Shown piece by piece: positions 1-13,540 of a DNA stretch of 64,000 nucleotides. The translations under genes were made by a program, and so were the position numbers. Location of the stretch: positions 2,170,001-2,234,000 of the forward strand of contig BQFW01000001.1 in assembly GCA_020891255.1 (NCBI GenBank), written 5' to 3'. Under the pieces are notes generated by a model. The model ran no database searches. It saw nothing but the letters and a program-made list of their open reading frames with translations, and had not been told where the DNA came from. The DNA is from Entomortierella parvispora E1425. Its lineage: Eukaryota; Fungi; Mortierellomycota. Within the stretch, counting starts at the first letter, position 1; every line of letters begins with the position of its first letter.

Positions 1-348
1 CGGCTATTGTGGTGTATAGTATAGTTCACATGGAAATAGGCCCTGGAGAGGGGGGAGCGAGAGGAGAGAGGGAGATCAAAGTGCCAACTGGGCACTAATC
101 CTGGACCACGGACGGAGCAAAAGCAAAGTCAAAAAAGAGCATGGACGAGAGCAATGCAGGTTGAGAGCTTGCGGACGATAATAATAAGATGAAATTGAAT
201 CTTGGACGACATATCGTTCTGAACAGAAAGAAGAGAGCATTGACAAACCCATCGGTTTGCAGAGGCGATCAGTACGTGAAGCAATCAGGGGGGGAGAGCC
301 AGGCAGGGGAGAAGGAGGTGAGGTCTGCCGTTCTCGAGGCACCGACGG

Positions 349-372
349 ACGGACAGACAGACAGACAGACAG
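349..372. repeat. (CAGA)n microsatellite
   Basis: ggacagacagacagacagacaga. Similar runs occur at about 701, 47420-47450 and 61960, all in upstream intergenic regions. Confidence 0.8.
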
Positions 373-1294
373 AGAAGTACACCGGCAGAATGAGAACAAA
401 AAGGACGGCACCCACGGCGATCGTGTGCCCAGGGGCAAACAACCTTGTGTGCTGTGTGCGGATCAGCAGTGGTAGTGAGTAACAAGAACGGACGCCTCTT
501 TTATGTTGTTCCTGAATCTGCCTGCCTTCTTCTGCCTTCATCATCTCATCCTTCATCCCTCATCCCTTCTTCCGACCCCACATTCCTCATTCGCCCTTCC
601 CTTCCCGCCCCTCTCTCCCTCCTCTCCTTCTTCTTCTTCTTCTTCGTCTTCGTCTTTGTCTCCATCACTGCTCATTGCCCATTCTGCATTCCTCACGACA
701 GACAGACAGACACGCTTCTCCGTTCTCCTTGCTCTTTCTTTTTTCCTTTTAATTCCTGGTTTTACCCTTCTTGCGCTGGACGTTTGAACTAGACCAAGGC
801 AGAGGACGACTGTAGGTGAATTGGCAATAGTTTATATGCTTTAACCAAGGCACGCGGGAGTGTCTGCAGATAAAGTAAAAGGACAGGGCAGACGCCTGTC
901 CCATTTCCCACATACCTCGTCCCCCCTCCCCCAAAGCAGACCTGCAATAGCCAACAAAAGACTGAAACCATGCCCGTCGATGAAGACAAAAGGACAAGGA
1001 ATGAGCGCGCGCGCGAGATGATGTGCAAAGTCCAGGGACAGGAATCGCCTCTTTTTCCTGGCTGAACTCGATGAACTCAACAGAGAACTCTCTTCTCTCT
1101 TTCTCACTCTCTTTCTTACTCTCTTCCTCTCTCTCTCTTTTCTCTCCTCTCTCTCTCTTTTCTCTCCTCTCCCTCTCTGATCAACCCTGTTCATCATTCT
1201 TTTCTCCCATTCTGTTGTCTAGACTCCATTCTCCACACGTTACACACAACCCCTCTTTCGCCCACACCCACACCGGCTGAGTGTCACCAAACAA

Positions 1295-4058
1295 ATGGCC
1301 AGCGCACAATACCAGCAGCAGCGCCAGCAGGACCGGTACAACGCCAGCTCGCAGCAGCAACAATCCTACACGCTCTACCCGGATCCACCTCCTCAATCCC
1401 ACCCGCCTCGGTCTAATCATCACCATCAGCAGCAGCAGCAATCGTCGTCGTCGCAGCAAAGGTCGTACGCCGATCTGACTCCTCAGACCTCGTTCTCGTC
1501 CTCTTCCTCGAAGCAGCAGCAGCAGCAACATAATAACCACCACCCTGTTCACTCGCCAGCACCCTCTCGCGGGAACAGTGGCAGTAATGGCATCCACCAC
1601 AGCGGCAGCAATGGCAGCAGTGGCAGTGGCGCATCTGCCCGGCCAAAGGTCAGTCAGCTTAGCTACCTGACTGGCTCAAATAGCGGCGGTCCACCTTCAC
1701 CTATCTCACCCTCGAGTCCTCGCCCGATCGATGCCATAACTTCGCATTTGAACTTGACCCATTTGGACGAGCCACTTCAAGACCGCATTGTCATAGGATC
1801 TGCAGCAGCTATCGGAGCCAACGACGGCTACGATCAAAAACAGTACCAGCAGCCCCGACGAAAGACCCCAACCCCTGGTCACCAGCAGCAGCGTCACCAG
1901 CAATTGCAGGAGAACGAGAGCTACGGTTCGGGCGTGATGAAGCACACGGGCTCGACGGGTTCGACCCGGTCCAATGGCTCCCAGGGCTCCCAGGGCTATC
2001 ATGGCGGGGAGCTGAAGCAATCTTCTTCCTCGGCCTCTGCTCATTCCTCGAGCTCGGTTCAATCGCGTGAACAGCATCTGCGCCAGTCGCCCTCCGCTGG
2101 ATCGTCCTACTCAAACCACAGTGCCAATGGCCAGCACTCTCGTCAAGCACAGCCACGGCATGCAAACGGGGAGCTGAAGCAGTCGGACTCATCCGCGTCC
2201 GCACGCTCAGTCAACTCGGCCTCTTCTGGCAGAAGCCAGCAGCACATTCACCCGAGCTTGAGCTCTGGCTCTGCTGCCTCTGTTGGCTCTTCTAGAAGCG
2301 GACACAGGCCTCAAAGAGGTGTGTCTCCTTCGCCCTCTCCGCTTTCGCCTCTCTCCCACGAGCAAGACCAGGATGAAGACAGGGACCATGAACGACACCA
2401 GCAACAGGCTTTGCAGTATCAACAAAAACTGCAACAAAAGCCCCCTTCGGTCCATGACGAAGATGATAGTGATGATTCCGACTCTGGCTCGATGCTGTCA
2501 TACCGTCGTTCAATCTCCAGGCTGTCCATGTCCTATAAGCGCACGGCAAATGGGGCTCCCAACATTAGTCTATTTGCTCCCAACCAACGATCTGCCATGC
2601 TTCAGAATCAACACGGAGGGGGAGTGGAACTCTCCAGCTCCCAAAAGATGATCCAGGAACAGCGGGAAGAGAGACTCCGTCAACAGAGACAACAACAGCA
2701 GAATACCATGGGCGAAGGCTCCTCTGCCTCGATCTCATCCTTGGCCTCCATTGATCAGCGTTCGCGCCAGGAGGATGGTCGACGCAACGTCAACCATATT
2801 CAGAATCATCACCAGTCACCCTACTCAGCAGGACGCGAGCCCCAGATTCCAGAAAGAAGCACGTCTGCAGATAATCACCTTACTAGCGCCAGCCGGTCAC
2901 GGCCACAACAGCAGGCTGGTCGCAGCAACCCATCTTCCCCAAGTATCCCCAACCGGACAGTGTCCAACAACAACGCTTCTCAACAGCAACAGCACTCTAA
3001 CCAGACACACCACCAGAACGGACAGAGATCCCAGCAAGATAATCACGGACAGCAGCGTTCTCGTGTACCGGAACGCCTCAACCTCTCGCCGAATGACTAT
3101 CAGCAGGATATGAACAGTTCACGAGCTCGATCGCCTGGGCACCAAGGCGGCCACTCCCCTGCCAGGAGCCCAGGATCTCCTATGCCTGGTGGTGGTAGCG
3201 GCGGCGGTGTCTACCGTCAAAATGGTTTCTCGGCCTCCCAGAACTCACTTGCCCCTTCGTCAACCTCTCATGGACCACCTGGGCATCGTGGTGGAGGGGG
3301 TGCTGGTAATGGAGTGAACCCACACCCAGCTCATCACCTTGCTAGCGGGGGCTATGTCCGACCAGAGGAGGCCGTCGGGCCTTCGAATCCCATGCCAGAA
3401 AAGGCCGAGGACTTTGTGCGCCAAGGTATCGAGTACCATGAGACGGGCGAAATTGCCAAGGCCACGCACTTTTTCAGGACCGCAGCCGAGCTGGGTGATC
3501 CCGTTGGAATGTTGATGTACGGACTCTCTGTTCGCCATGGATGGGGATGTGCAGCCAATCGTCAATTGGCCTTCCAGTACCTTCAAAAATCAGCTGAGCA
3601 TGCCGTGGGCGACTTGAAGAGTCGCGATTCATTTGCGAGCACGGCAGCCAAGGGTGAGCTAGTACTGGCGATTTACGAACTTGGTATCTGCTTCCGTCAT
3701 GGATGGGGAGCAGCCAAGAACAAGAAGACGGCAGCCTACTATTTTGAGATTGCAGCCAACTTGGTAAGCTTTTTTTTTTTTTTTTTTTTTGGCCAGTCTT
3801 GAAGATTACTTTTCTACTCTTTGTACTGACATAGCTCTCTTTCTGCTGATGTAGGGTGACCCCGATGCACAGAACGACCTTGCTTGGTGCTATTACCACG
3901 GCGTGGGTGTCAAGAAGGACATGTTTAAATCCGCAAAGTACTACCGATTGGCCGCAGCCCAGGGTCTTAACACTGTTGGAAACTCTTGGATCTGGAAGGA
4001 CAAGTATGGTGGCATGCCTGCAAGTCCCACAGGAGAGAAAGCATCCACACCATTTTAA
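1295..4058 (+). CDS. Sel1/TPR-like repeat protein with a long Q/S-rich disordered N-terminus (Dsf2/Nif1-like); 2 exons (1295-3763, 3855-4058)
   Basis: The 835-aa ORF ends in Sel1-like repeats (AEDFVRQGIEYHETG, GMLMYGLSVRHGWG, AIYELGICFRHGWG). A GT-AG intron at 3764-3854 joins in frame to GDPDAQNDLAWCYYHGVGVKKD...PF-stop. Confidence 0.85.
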
Positions 4059-4294
4059 AGGAAAATGACCCTTTTCCTTCACGGACAATGATTGTTCTTT
4101 TATCACTCTCTTATTAACGACCTGTAAAATATACCGCTTTTATGACCCCCACATGTTGTTTTGGTCAGCATTTTCTGTGAGCGAATGAACTCCTTGGAGA
4201 GTGAAGGAGCAAGAAAGAATGAGAGAGTGAGAAACTGAGGAATGGGAGTATATATTGTAAGTGTATTATTTATTTTATTTGTTCTTTTGTTTTT

Positions 4295-6615
4295 CTAGGC
4301 AGAGGCCTGGCCTGGTCTCTTGACAAACTGCCTCTGGCGAATCATAAAGGCCAAAACTGTGCAAGCGCCTGTCAAGAGGGCACAGCAGTACCAGACCAGT
4401 TCCGGGCGCGTCTTGACCGTCATGGCATAGACCCAGGAGATGACAACGGGCGAGAAGATACCCGCGATCGATTCCAAAACCTGGATCGCGCCCAAAGCGG
4501 CACCAAACTCTGAGGGTTCAACCATGCTGGTCAACAAGGTCTTCAAAGATGGCGCTGCAATGATACTGGTGGCATGCAGGGCTGAAGCCAAAAAGAACAT
4601 CCAGGTCTGGGTGGCGAGACCATAGCCGATATAAGTCACCGAGTTGACGAGGAATCCCAATCGGATGATCCACGTGTCCAGTTTGAGATCGCTGACGATT
4701 TGTTCGCGTGTCCTGGGAGATGAAGTGCTGGCTTTACTCTTCTTGGGAGATGGGGAGGAAGGAGAGGCGGAAGAGCCGCTGCGGGTATTGGTTCGAGTCC
4801 TGTCCGTGTTCCAGGTCACTGCTGAATCGACGGTGGATTGTCGACGACGACGTTCTTGGAACGACCCTTCATCATCGGACAGATTCAAAGCAGCCTCGCC
4901 CAGGTGTTCGAGACTGGAAGCGACAATGGGGTCCTCCATGCTTGAGAAGCCAATGATTTGGTCATTATTAGTGTAAATATTGCTGTTGCTGTTGCTGTTG
5001 CTGTTGCTGACACCCTGCTCGGTTTCGTCACGAGAGGGTTGATCATAGGTAGAGTCGGTGGCGTCGTGGGTTCTCTTCTTGGCTGCCCGCTTATGATAGA
5101 CGTGGACCAAGATAGGGAGGATAACCAGGAGCGAAAACAGGCGCGAGAAGGATCCCACTGTGAACAGTGCACCGACCTCCAAGTCTGTCCAGTTGAAGAG
5201 TTGGAACGTGTAAAGAATCAAGACCGAGAAGGTGCCTTTCAAGGCCAAAGTTTGCAAGAACGAGATGGCACCCAACAAAATGAGGTTGATGTTCTTGCCT
5301 CTCGTGTGAAAGAAGGCCAAGGATCGGAAGAAGTGAGAGTACCATGCGGCCTTTTCCACCTCCTGGGCCTTCTTTGCCATGGATGGATCCGTAGCACCGG
5401 CAGCTACCAGTGCAGCCTCATACAGCTTTCGAATATGGGCCGATTGCTTGCTGGGGATGGACTCGGGCATGAAAAAGACCAGGAGACCGAGGGAGAACAG
5501 GGTGACCGCAATGTCGATATAGACGATCGTCATGATGGTGTCTGTTTTCGAAGAGAGGTATCCACCGCAAATGGGACTAGCAGGGAGGGCAACAAGGATG
5601 ATGTGTTTTTTGGTTCAAGGTTAGGGGCAATCTCCAGGGACAAACCAAAAAAAAAAAAAAATGAAGATTCTCACTTACCCGACTGTCATGCCCAAGAACA
5701 ATCCAGCATGCAGCCAAGAGTAGATTAAGCTTCTCCTTGCGGGGTCAGTGCAGTCGGCAGCGTAGGCCAAGCTCATGGTTAGAGTTGTACTAACTCCTCC
5801 AAGCAAACCGCCAATCAAGGACATAATCACCATCAGAGGCAATCCAATCTGATCCCACCACCGGTCCATGGCATAGACCGAGCACAACATCAACAAGTGG
5901 TTCACCACAGCGACAATCATGATCTTGAGTCGACCGAGTTTGTCGCTGAGCGACGCGTAATATCCAATGCTGAGTGTGCCTGGTGGAGAGAGCGGGGGGG
6001 TTTTTTGATCATGTAAAACAATTGTCAGGTTTTGCACACAATACAGAAGCATCCCATCACGCGGATCAAAACATCTCCAACCACAGTACCTGCAATGGCT
6101 CCAAGGACCTCAACAACAGCCTGTGTTTTGGCAGTGTATGCTTGGATCTCGGGGGTTCGACACACATCTGGGGGCTTCATCATCATGAACATCGTGGTAT
6201 AATCCATGGTCACGTTAGAGCTCGGTGGATGATTATTCAGGTACTCGCGACACAAGTTTTTGAGCATGAATTGGCCAATGGATGACATCAGCATGCCTGC
6301 TGTGATGGAGGAAAGGCCAAAGACAGGCAACAGCCAGAAAGCTGAGGGTCTCTTGTACCAAGGAAGGTGCTCTTCCAAAATCTTGACATAGAGGGATGTT
6401 GGATCGACGGTCGCTCCTGGGTTGCTATTGTCGGAAATAGGAATAGCGGAAGCGGAACCGAGAAGCGGCGAGTGCTCTCCATCTCCTTGCTCGTCATCAT
6501 CCTGGCCGCTATTGCTGCCATGGATGTTCACCCCAGGAGCGGCCCATATGGTATCTTGAGAGGTGTGCTGGGGTATTCTGGGCCGCTCCTCACTGCCAGT
6601 CCTGGACGTGACCAT
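4295..6615 (-). CDS. Major facilitator superfamily transporter (SLC46/TetA-like); 3 exons
   Basis: Multiple hydrophobic helices, motif A-like SLSDKLGR, AYAADCT and FLGMTVGPICGGYL after splicing, and a long hydrophilic loop in the C-terminal half. The introns are GT-AG. Confidence 0.85.
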
Positions 6616-9380
6616 TGAGAGAAGAAGCTATGGGGACGTCTGTGTAATAGGAGGATAAGGAATAGGGGTTTGATCGAGAAGGGCTGTGCTGATGCTTGGC
6701 TAGGTGGATGCAAGAAAGGTTGTGTGGTGCAAAAAAGAAGTGCGAGAGAACCAAAATTTCCTGTGGGCGAGAGCAAGAATAAAAAAAAAGGAATGAACAG
6801 AGAGAAAGAAAGAAAGAAAAAAATGAAGTCGATTAAAAAGACATGTCTGAAGATGAATGTAGTAATCGACCCGAGGAAATGGGACCAAATGGGAGAAACT
6901 CGTGTTCACTGAGAGGGAATGAGAGAACATTTGTAATCTACAGGAAGGAGGACACGTTTGGGCAAGAAAGCAGGTTTTTGTTTGAACTGTTTGGGCTGCT
7001 GTGGTCGCCTTCACTGCCCTTTGTATCTGCGCACCTTCGACTCCGATCGAGCCTCGTGTGTATATATGCAGTGCAGACGCGTTCCTCTTCTGACTGGCTG
7101 AGGTTTGGTGGCTGCAGTTGATTGCTCGTACCTGAAAATCAAGGAACAGCAAAAAAAGGGGGTGGGAGGATGGCGGTGAGGAGAGATGAGAACGTTGCGA
7201 GAGGAGAGAGAGGAAGAGGGAAGGAACAGGGACGATAACGAGAGAAAGAGGAGGGGAGCAGTAAAGAAGAAAGAGAAGGAAGGGAAGGAACAACAGGGCG
7301 AGCCCAAGGAAAGCAGGGCACGATGCAATAGGACGAAATAGCCTGAGCACGCGGGAAGGAACAGGCGGCAATTATGAGGCAATGAGCGATAGGCACCAAG
7401 GAGGGGGCTGCAACATCAACAATCACTTCACTTCAGCGGCAATGATCGCAATTGCACAGGAAGGAACAGCATGAAGTTCAAGGACAACAACAAAGGAGTA
7501 AGCAGCAACACCTGTTTCTCCAGCGTTGCGGGAGTGTGAGCGTTTGTTCGTTTCTACTTCTGGTCAGCAGGCGCATCTCCCAGCCCAAGGGCGCGAACGA
7601 TCCACTAAGTCACTAACCATAAATTTAAAGGGCAGACACTTCGATGCTCGATTTGGCAAAGAAACAAGTTTTTTTTGCCTACAGACCCGGTCGCATGGAG
7701 GGAGATTCACTTTGTTCATCTCGTCTTGCCTCGGCTCTGCCCCTGAGCAGCGCGAGCGTGGCTGCAACAAGCATTCTGCTTCCCGGCCCATCGCCGTGCA
7801 GACTGGACTCCGTCATTGACAGACAAAAGTACGTTTTGGTCTATCCTGCCGATCGAAACAACGAAAATGGATCTGGCCTCTGTCCAGTCCCCTTCACGAA
7901 CACATTGGGACGGGACTGATCATACAGTGATGAGATCTTTAAGCGGGACGAGAAGCCCCTTGTCTCTATGTTGACCCAGTCAAAGCAACCCTGAACACGA
8001 GGGAGTTGGTGAACAAGGAGATACAATAGAAAGAAATCGAGCCTCGGGAAGGAGGGGCAGAAGCAGTGAAAGTGTGGGAAAATGTATTTGCTCGCGAAGC
8101 GCCTGAAGAATAGACATCCGACGAGGGCAGAGAAGTCTCGACAATGCATTCTGCAGACGTCGTGTAGACCTCACCGAGGACAATGATACTAGGTCGACAC
8201 GCAGGCCCTTCTCTATGGATCGGGTGTGAGAAGAATGCGGGTCCTGTAATGAATAAATAATAATGAGTTGAAAGGAACAATGTCATGGTTTGAAGTCGCA
8301 AAGAGTCTTACATGCGGGCAACCAACCCCAAGCTCCTGGTAGGGGACGTGGAGCGAGGAAGTTGTACTTCGGGTCTTTTGAGGCAGCGGCTGTGCTTGTG
8401 TGGCAAAGCCATTTGCCACGATAATTTTGCCACCAATTCCTCGTTCACCCTAATTCTTGATATTGCCCTTCATATGATGGATCGTTAGGACATCGCCCAA
8501 TGCCTCGACTCTGCCCTCTCTTTTCTCCAAGGCTCTTAACTTTTGAGTATCTCGAGACCTTTTTCAACATGTCATCAGAATCTGAAGCGTTAGTCCACGA
8601 GATGGAAGCATCATCGCGTATTCTAATATCCAAAAAAAAAAAAAAAAAAAAAACCCCTCCTCCTATATCTCGCCACAAAAGATGTGCCATCCTCGACGAA
8701 CGTCCTACTAAATGACAATTGAGTGCAACTCGTGTAAAGGCGGCATGAAGTATTGGAGTGTGTGTGAAGAGCATGCTTTCTTCAATTAGAAGCGCATTCA
8801 TATGAACAAGTAAATGTTTGAGGGAGAAAATGAAGATAGAAAGAAATATGAGGTACTCTTGTCGAAAGAAATTCCAAAAACAACTGCTTGACTCTGTGAG
8901 CTTGCTCAAACAGGTTGCGACCCTTGCACTTTGACAAGGAAATCCTTGATGCAACTTGGTGGCAAGGCAAATGTCCGACCAAAGATTCAATTGCTCCCCT
9001 GATGCTCTCTCTTCGCCGTGTTAATCTGTTGTTGCTGCCATCTTCAGCTAATCCGCCGGCCATTATAGCAGGCCTCTACCTTCTGCTCTTGTTTGCTCAA
9101 GGCCGACGCGACGAGCAGGGAGGCATTAAATGGACAGGATTAGGACGCGTTCGTTTTCTGGAATGAAGAAAGAAATTTCCGCAATGAAATGAATTTTGAA
9201 GGCACCAGAAGCGTAAAAATAGAATTTCTGTGTTTGACTTTCTGTATGTTCATCAAAAACCATCTCTTTCTTTCTTTCCTTCTTTCTTTTTCACTCCATC
9301 ACTTCCATCGCTCCATCTATTCACCCATTGCTTTACCAATGCTTCTTTCCGAACAGAACCGCACCTCTTCTTCTGTCAAC

Positions 9381-11815
9381 ATGGCCTCCGTCAACGTTCT
9401 CTCGCTCAACACTCTCTCGGACTTGCACCCCAAGCCTGATACCACTTTCACTTACGGCACCGCTGGTTTCCGCATGAAGTAAGTTGCCGCAAACTTCCTC
9501 TCTCATCTCGCCTCTGCCCAGACTGGATACAGATCGGGAAGGAAAGCTCAACTGTTATCGCTGGTGCTGGCGTTCCCAAGGATTACTGTCCCTGTGGAAA
9601 ACCCCAGAAGAAAAAGTGTTCTCACGGTCAACTTTTTCCCGCACTTGCCCCTGGGAAACAAAAGGAGGCAATTGATCATGTACCCACTCTGTGGCTAGCG
9701 TGGGACAGCCAGTGGATGACGATGGTCGTTCAAGGAGAAAGGCGGGCTTGCGTCGCGCGTGCGCACACCCACGTCCGAGCAACGAAGCGCGAGAAGCAGA
9801 TGCTAATTGCCCTTTCTTTCTTTCTTTGAATTCCTTGCAATGTAGGGCTGACTTGCTCGACTCGGTCATCTTCCGCACTGGAATCATTGCTGCCTTGCGC
9901 TCAAAGAAGTTGGGTGGCAAGGTCATTGGAGTCATGATCACCGCCTCGCACAACCCTGCTGCTGTAATACCATTGTCTGTTTCGGACGGGGTCTTGGAAT
10001 GAATGACGCGATTGCAGAGTCAACATCTGATTTGACGATTCTTTTTTCGTTTTTTAAAACCGACATAGGACAATGGTGTCAAGCTGGTTGATCCCATGGG
10101 AGAGATGCTCGAGGGTTCTTGGGAGGCTCATGCCACTGCTCTTTCAAACGCCCAGACGAACGAGCAGGTTCTGGACTATATCCACGTCATGGTCAGTTCT
10201 CTCAAGATCGACCTCACCAACCCCGCCAACGTTGTCTATGGTCGCGATACTCGCCCCAGCGGTGAGGCCTTGGTCAGCGCACTGGAGGATGGACTCAAGG
10301 TCTTGGGCGCTCAATCAACCGACTATGGCATCTTGACCACCCCTCAACTTCACTACCTTACCCGATGCCTCAACACTGTTAACACCCCTGAGTCTTACGG
10401 CGAGCCCACTGTGGAGGGATACTACAAAAAGTTGGCTGCCGCCTACAAGGTCCTGGTCGAGGGCAAGCCCAAGTTGTCGCCCGTCATCTTGGATTGCGCC
10501 AACGGTGTGGGTGCCCCCAAGTTCAAGGAGTTCATGAACTTCCTCGGCGATTCCTTCGCAGTCAAAATCGTGAACGATGACATTGAAAACTCGAGCAAGC
10601 TCAACCTCAACGTAAGCACCCCGTTCTTTAATCCGCAATGGAACTGCTGGTTTGCCCTAGAGCTGTTAGATGATTCAATGACGATCTGAGCTTGAGCTAA
10701 CGAGATAGACATCTCCTATGGATCTGCTGTTATATTTTGATACTATAGTCTGGCGCCGACTTTGTCAAGACTGGACAGCGTGCTCCCGTTGGTCTCAAGA
10801 TGACTCCTCAGGATCGCTGTGCTTCTTTTGACGGTGATGCTGATCGTATCGTCTACTACTACATGGACGAGGGTAAGAAAAAAAAAAGACATCCCGGCCA
10901 AACAGGAAGGCACTAGTATTGATAAGTGATGATGGACTGACAGGATAATCCACACGCTAAACTTTTAGACAACACTTTCAAGCTGCTGGATGGTGACAAG
11001 ATTGCAGGCCTTGCTGCCATGTTCATCATTGACCTCGTCAAGGCGGCTGGTATCGATAACATCTCTGTGGGTGTTGTTCAGACCGCCTATGCCAACGGTG
11101 CCTCCACCCAATACCTCCGTAACACTTTGGTAAGCAGGTGATCCATCCATATTCAGCTCAGTTTGAAGATTGGCAGTCATCGTCCATGCTAAACAATATC
11201 TTGTATTTTTAGAACGTGCCTGTTTCTTGCGTCTCCACCGGAGTCAAGCATCTTCACCATGAGGCTTTGAAGTACGATGTCGGAGTCTACTTTGAGGCTA
11301 ACGGACACGGCACCGTCGTCTTCAGCCCTACCGCCCTCAAGACCATCTACTCCACCGAGGGCTCATCCCCTGCCCAGGCTTCCGCTGTTCGCTCCTTGCG
11401 TGCGCTCTCTGAGGTTATTAACCAGACCGTGGGAGATGCCTTCTCTGACCTCCTTCTCGTTGAGACCATTTTGACCCAAAGACAATGGACTCCCAAGATC
11501 TGGGACCAGGCTTACAGCGACTTGCCTAACCGCTTGGTCAAGGTTGTGGTTAAGGAGCGCTCCATCTTCAAGACCGTTGATGCTGAGCGCAAGTTGGTCG
11601 AGCCTGCTGGACTCCAGGATGCCATTGACGCTATTGTTCTCAAATTCAGGGATGGACGTTCCTTTGTTCGTCCTTCGGGTACTGAGGATGTTGTCCGTGT
11701 CTATGCTGAGGCCGCTACTCGTCCCGAGACGGATGAGTTGGCTTTCCGCATCGGTGGTTTGGTCTTTGACTTCAACTCGAACGGATCTGGCACCAGACCC
11801 CGTGAGTTCATTTAA
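9381..11815 (+). CDS. PCM1: Phosphoacetylglucosamine mutase (PGM3/AGM1); 6 exons
   Basis: YGTAGFR, catalytic [27 protein letters not shown] and FVRPSGTED motifs join in frame across GT-AG introns. There is a weaker in-frame ATG at 9339. Confidence 0.95.
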
Positions 11816-12211
11816 ATAGGACCCTCCCTTCCTTGCTGCTTAGCTCTTTCTTTTTTCATTACCCACTCCAATCCCATGGAAGGTGCAGGGGGGACGATCT
11901 TTGATTAGAGATCCTCTGCTTTCCAATATACTCATTTGTAGAATAATACCATTTGGCCAATAAAACCCAAAGTTTTTGGTGCATCTCAACCTGCCACTAT
12001 GAACTGACCAAAAGAATGCATGTGCACAATTGGCCACTATATGTCCAGGTTCGGTATCCCTGTTGAGATCACCTCAAGGTCGATAGCTGAGCAAACTAAT
12101 CCTTCATTTTTTTTTAATATTGGAATCCTGACTTTCTTTCTTTTGAACACTTTATAGATGTTTCATCCATGGCGTATCAAGAATACGAAGGGTGGGATAA
12201 AAGTTGATTTT

Positions 12212-13540
12212 CTAAGCGCCATATCCACGAATCTTCTCAGCAAAGGCCCACTCTGTCTCCACAGACATGGGCGCCGAAATTGTTACTCCTGCTTCTGTGA
12301 TAGAGGCCAATTGGAACTAAATTCGAGAGAGGGAGAAAGAACATGAGTTTCCCTCACCAAGAAAATAACACAATAACCTGCGGTAAATCTATACATTCTC
12401 GCAAAATCAATCAATACCTTGTTCATGCTCCTGGCATCTCTGTACCAAAGGACCTTCATGCACTTCTTCAAAATCTCCACAGCCTGCTCCTGAGTGATGT
12501 TTTCTTCGCCTCCGCGCAACTCGATCTCCTTGCGCAAAATGGGCTGAGCCAAGTGTGAACCGAATCCAGTGGCAATCGAGGCAGATTGGTAAGGGGTTCC
12601 CTTAAGATCAATAGCCCCCAAGAACCTATTTTTTTCCCGATATATTTTGTCAGTTTACACTCTTGCCTTGTCCTGCTTCAGAGAAACGCCGTTCTTCCTG
12701 GGAAACAAACTATGAAGCCACTTACCCTTCACCCTTGTGGAATCCTCCGAGGACAAATGTGTTCCAGAGAGGGTTCATCTTTGAGCGACGGTTGTACATG
12801 ACACGCCACAAGTATTCATAAATGTTGGGAGTCGCCAAGGTGTGTCCATCATCTGCGTTGTATTCCTTGATCCTAGAAAAATGAAGTAATAAGCTGATTA
12901 GACCATCTGCCTTTTCTTTCCTTGCGGTGAAAATCAAAATAAAACATAAAAGATCTCGTGGATCCCAGGCCGGCAGTCTTCCTTACATCTGCGAGTCGAG
13001 GAGATGCTTGACATATTGAAAGTCGGACATGTCGCCACTGGCGCCGAGGACAGTAAAGTCGGCAACCTGGTGCAATCTCTCCACATCACGGAAACGAGCC
13101 AAGGATCCATACGAGGCCAAGTTATCGGCCGCCATCATGACACCGCCCTTGAACTTGATTCCCAACACTGATGTTCCTGTCACGACTGGTTGTCTATGGT
13201 TCATTTGTTATGAGAAGGAAGAGTTCTCCTTGTTAGTACGGTCACTTTTTTTCGGGGCGGCGCAAAGACTTGTTCCGGTCAAAGCTAGATTGCTCTGGGA
13301 AAAGAGCTGCTTGCTGCAGACAACAAAGCAATGTGAAAGGTAGAGGTAGGTGGCGGGAAGTATATAAAAGAAGGGCCATTACTGGGTATGCGATGTAGGG
13401 TGTCCGTTCGTGTGGCCAAAACCGGCGATTTGACGAACGCTGTGAGGAACAGTGCCAATGTGGGATGCGACTGGATAGGTGTTGTAGTTGTCGACATCCT
13501 CGGAACGGGGGTTGCCCCAGTTTGTTGGGAAGTGGTCCAT
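12212..13540 (-). CDS. PRE4: 20S proteasome subunit beta type-7 (PSMB4/Pre4); 5 exons
   Basis: Propeptide followed by [69 protein letters not shown] and terminal [12 protein letters not shown]-stop. Confidence 0.95.

Noticed and set aside
4780-4800. GGTTCGAGTCC T-loop suggesting a tRNA
   Set aside because: It lies within the MFS coding sequence and no cloverleaf can be formed.
4958-5728. Long antisense ORFs opposite the MFS, CBA1-like (57322-58002) and ADE13 (60758-61495) genes
   Set aside because: These are typical shadow frames caused by codon bias on the coding strand.
7927-7994. C/D snoRNA (GTGATGA...CTGA)
   Set aside because: No terminal stem, and only about 8 nt of complementarity to recalled rRNA.
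7921-8220. Plus-strand frame interrupted only by TAG codons (TAG-to-Gln reassignment)
   Set aside because: TAG terminates at least six genes in the window, and the frame is the antisense shadow of the minus-strand ORF.
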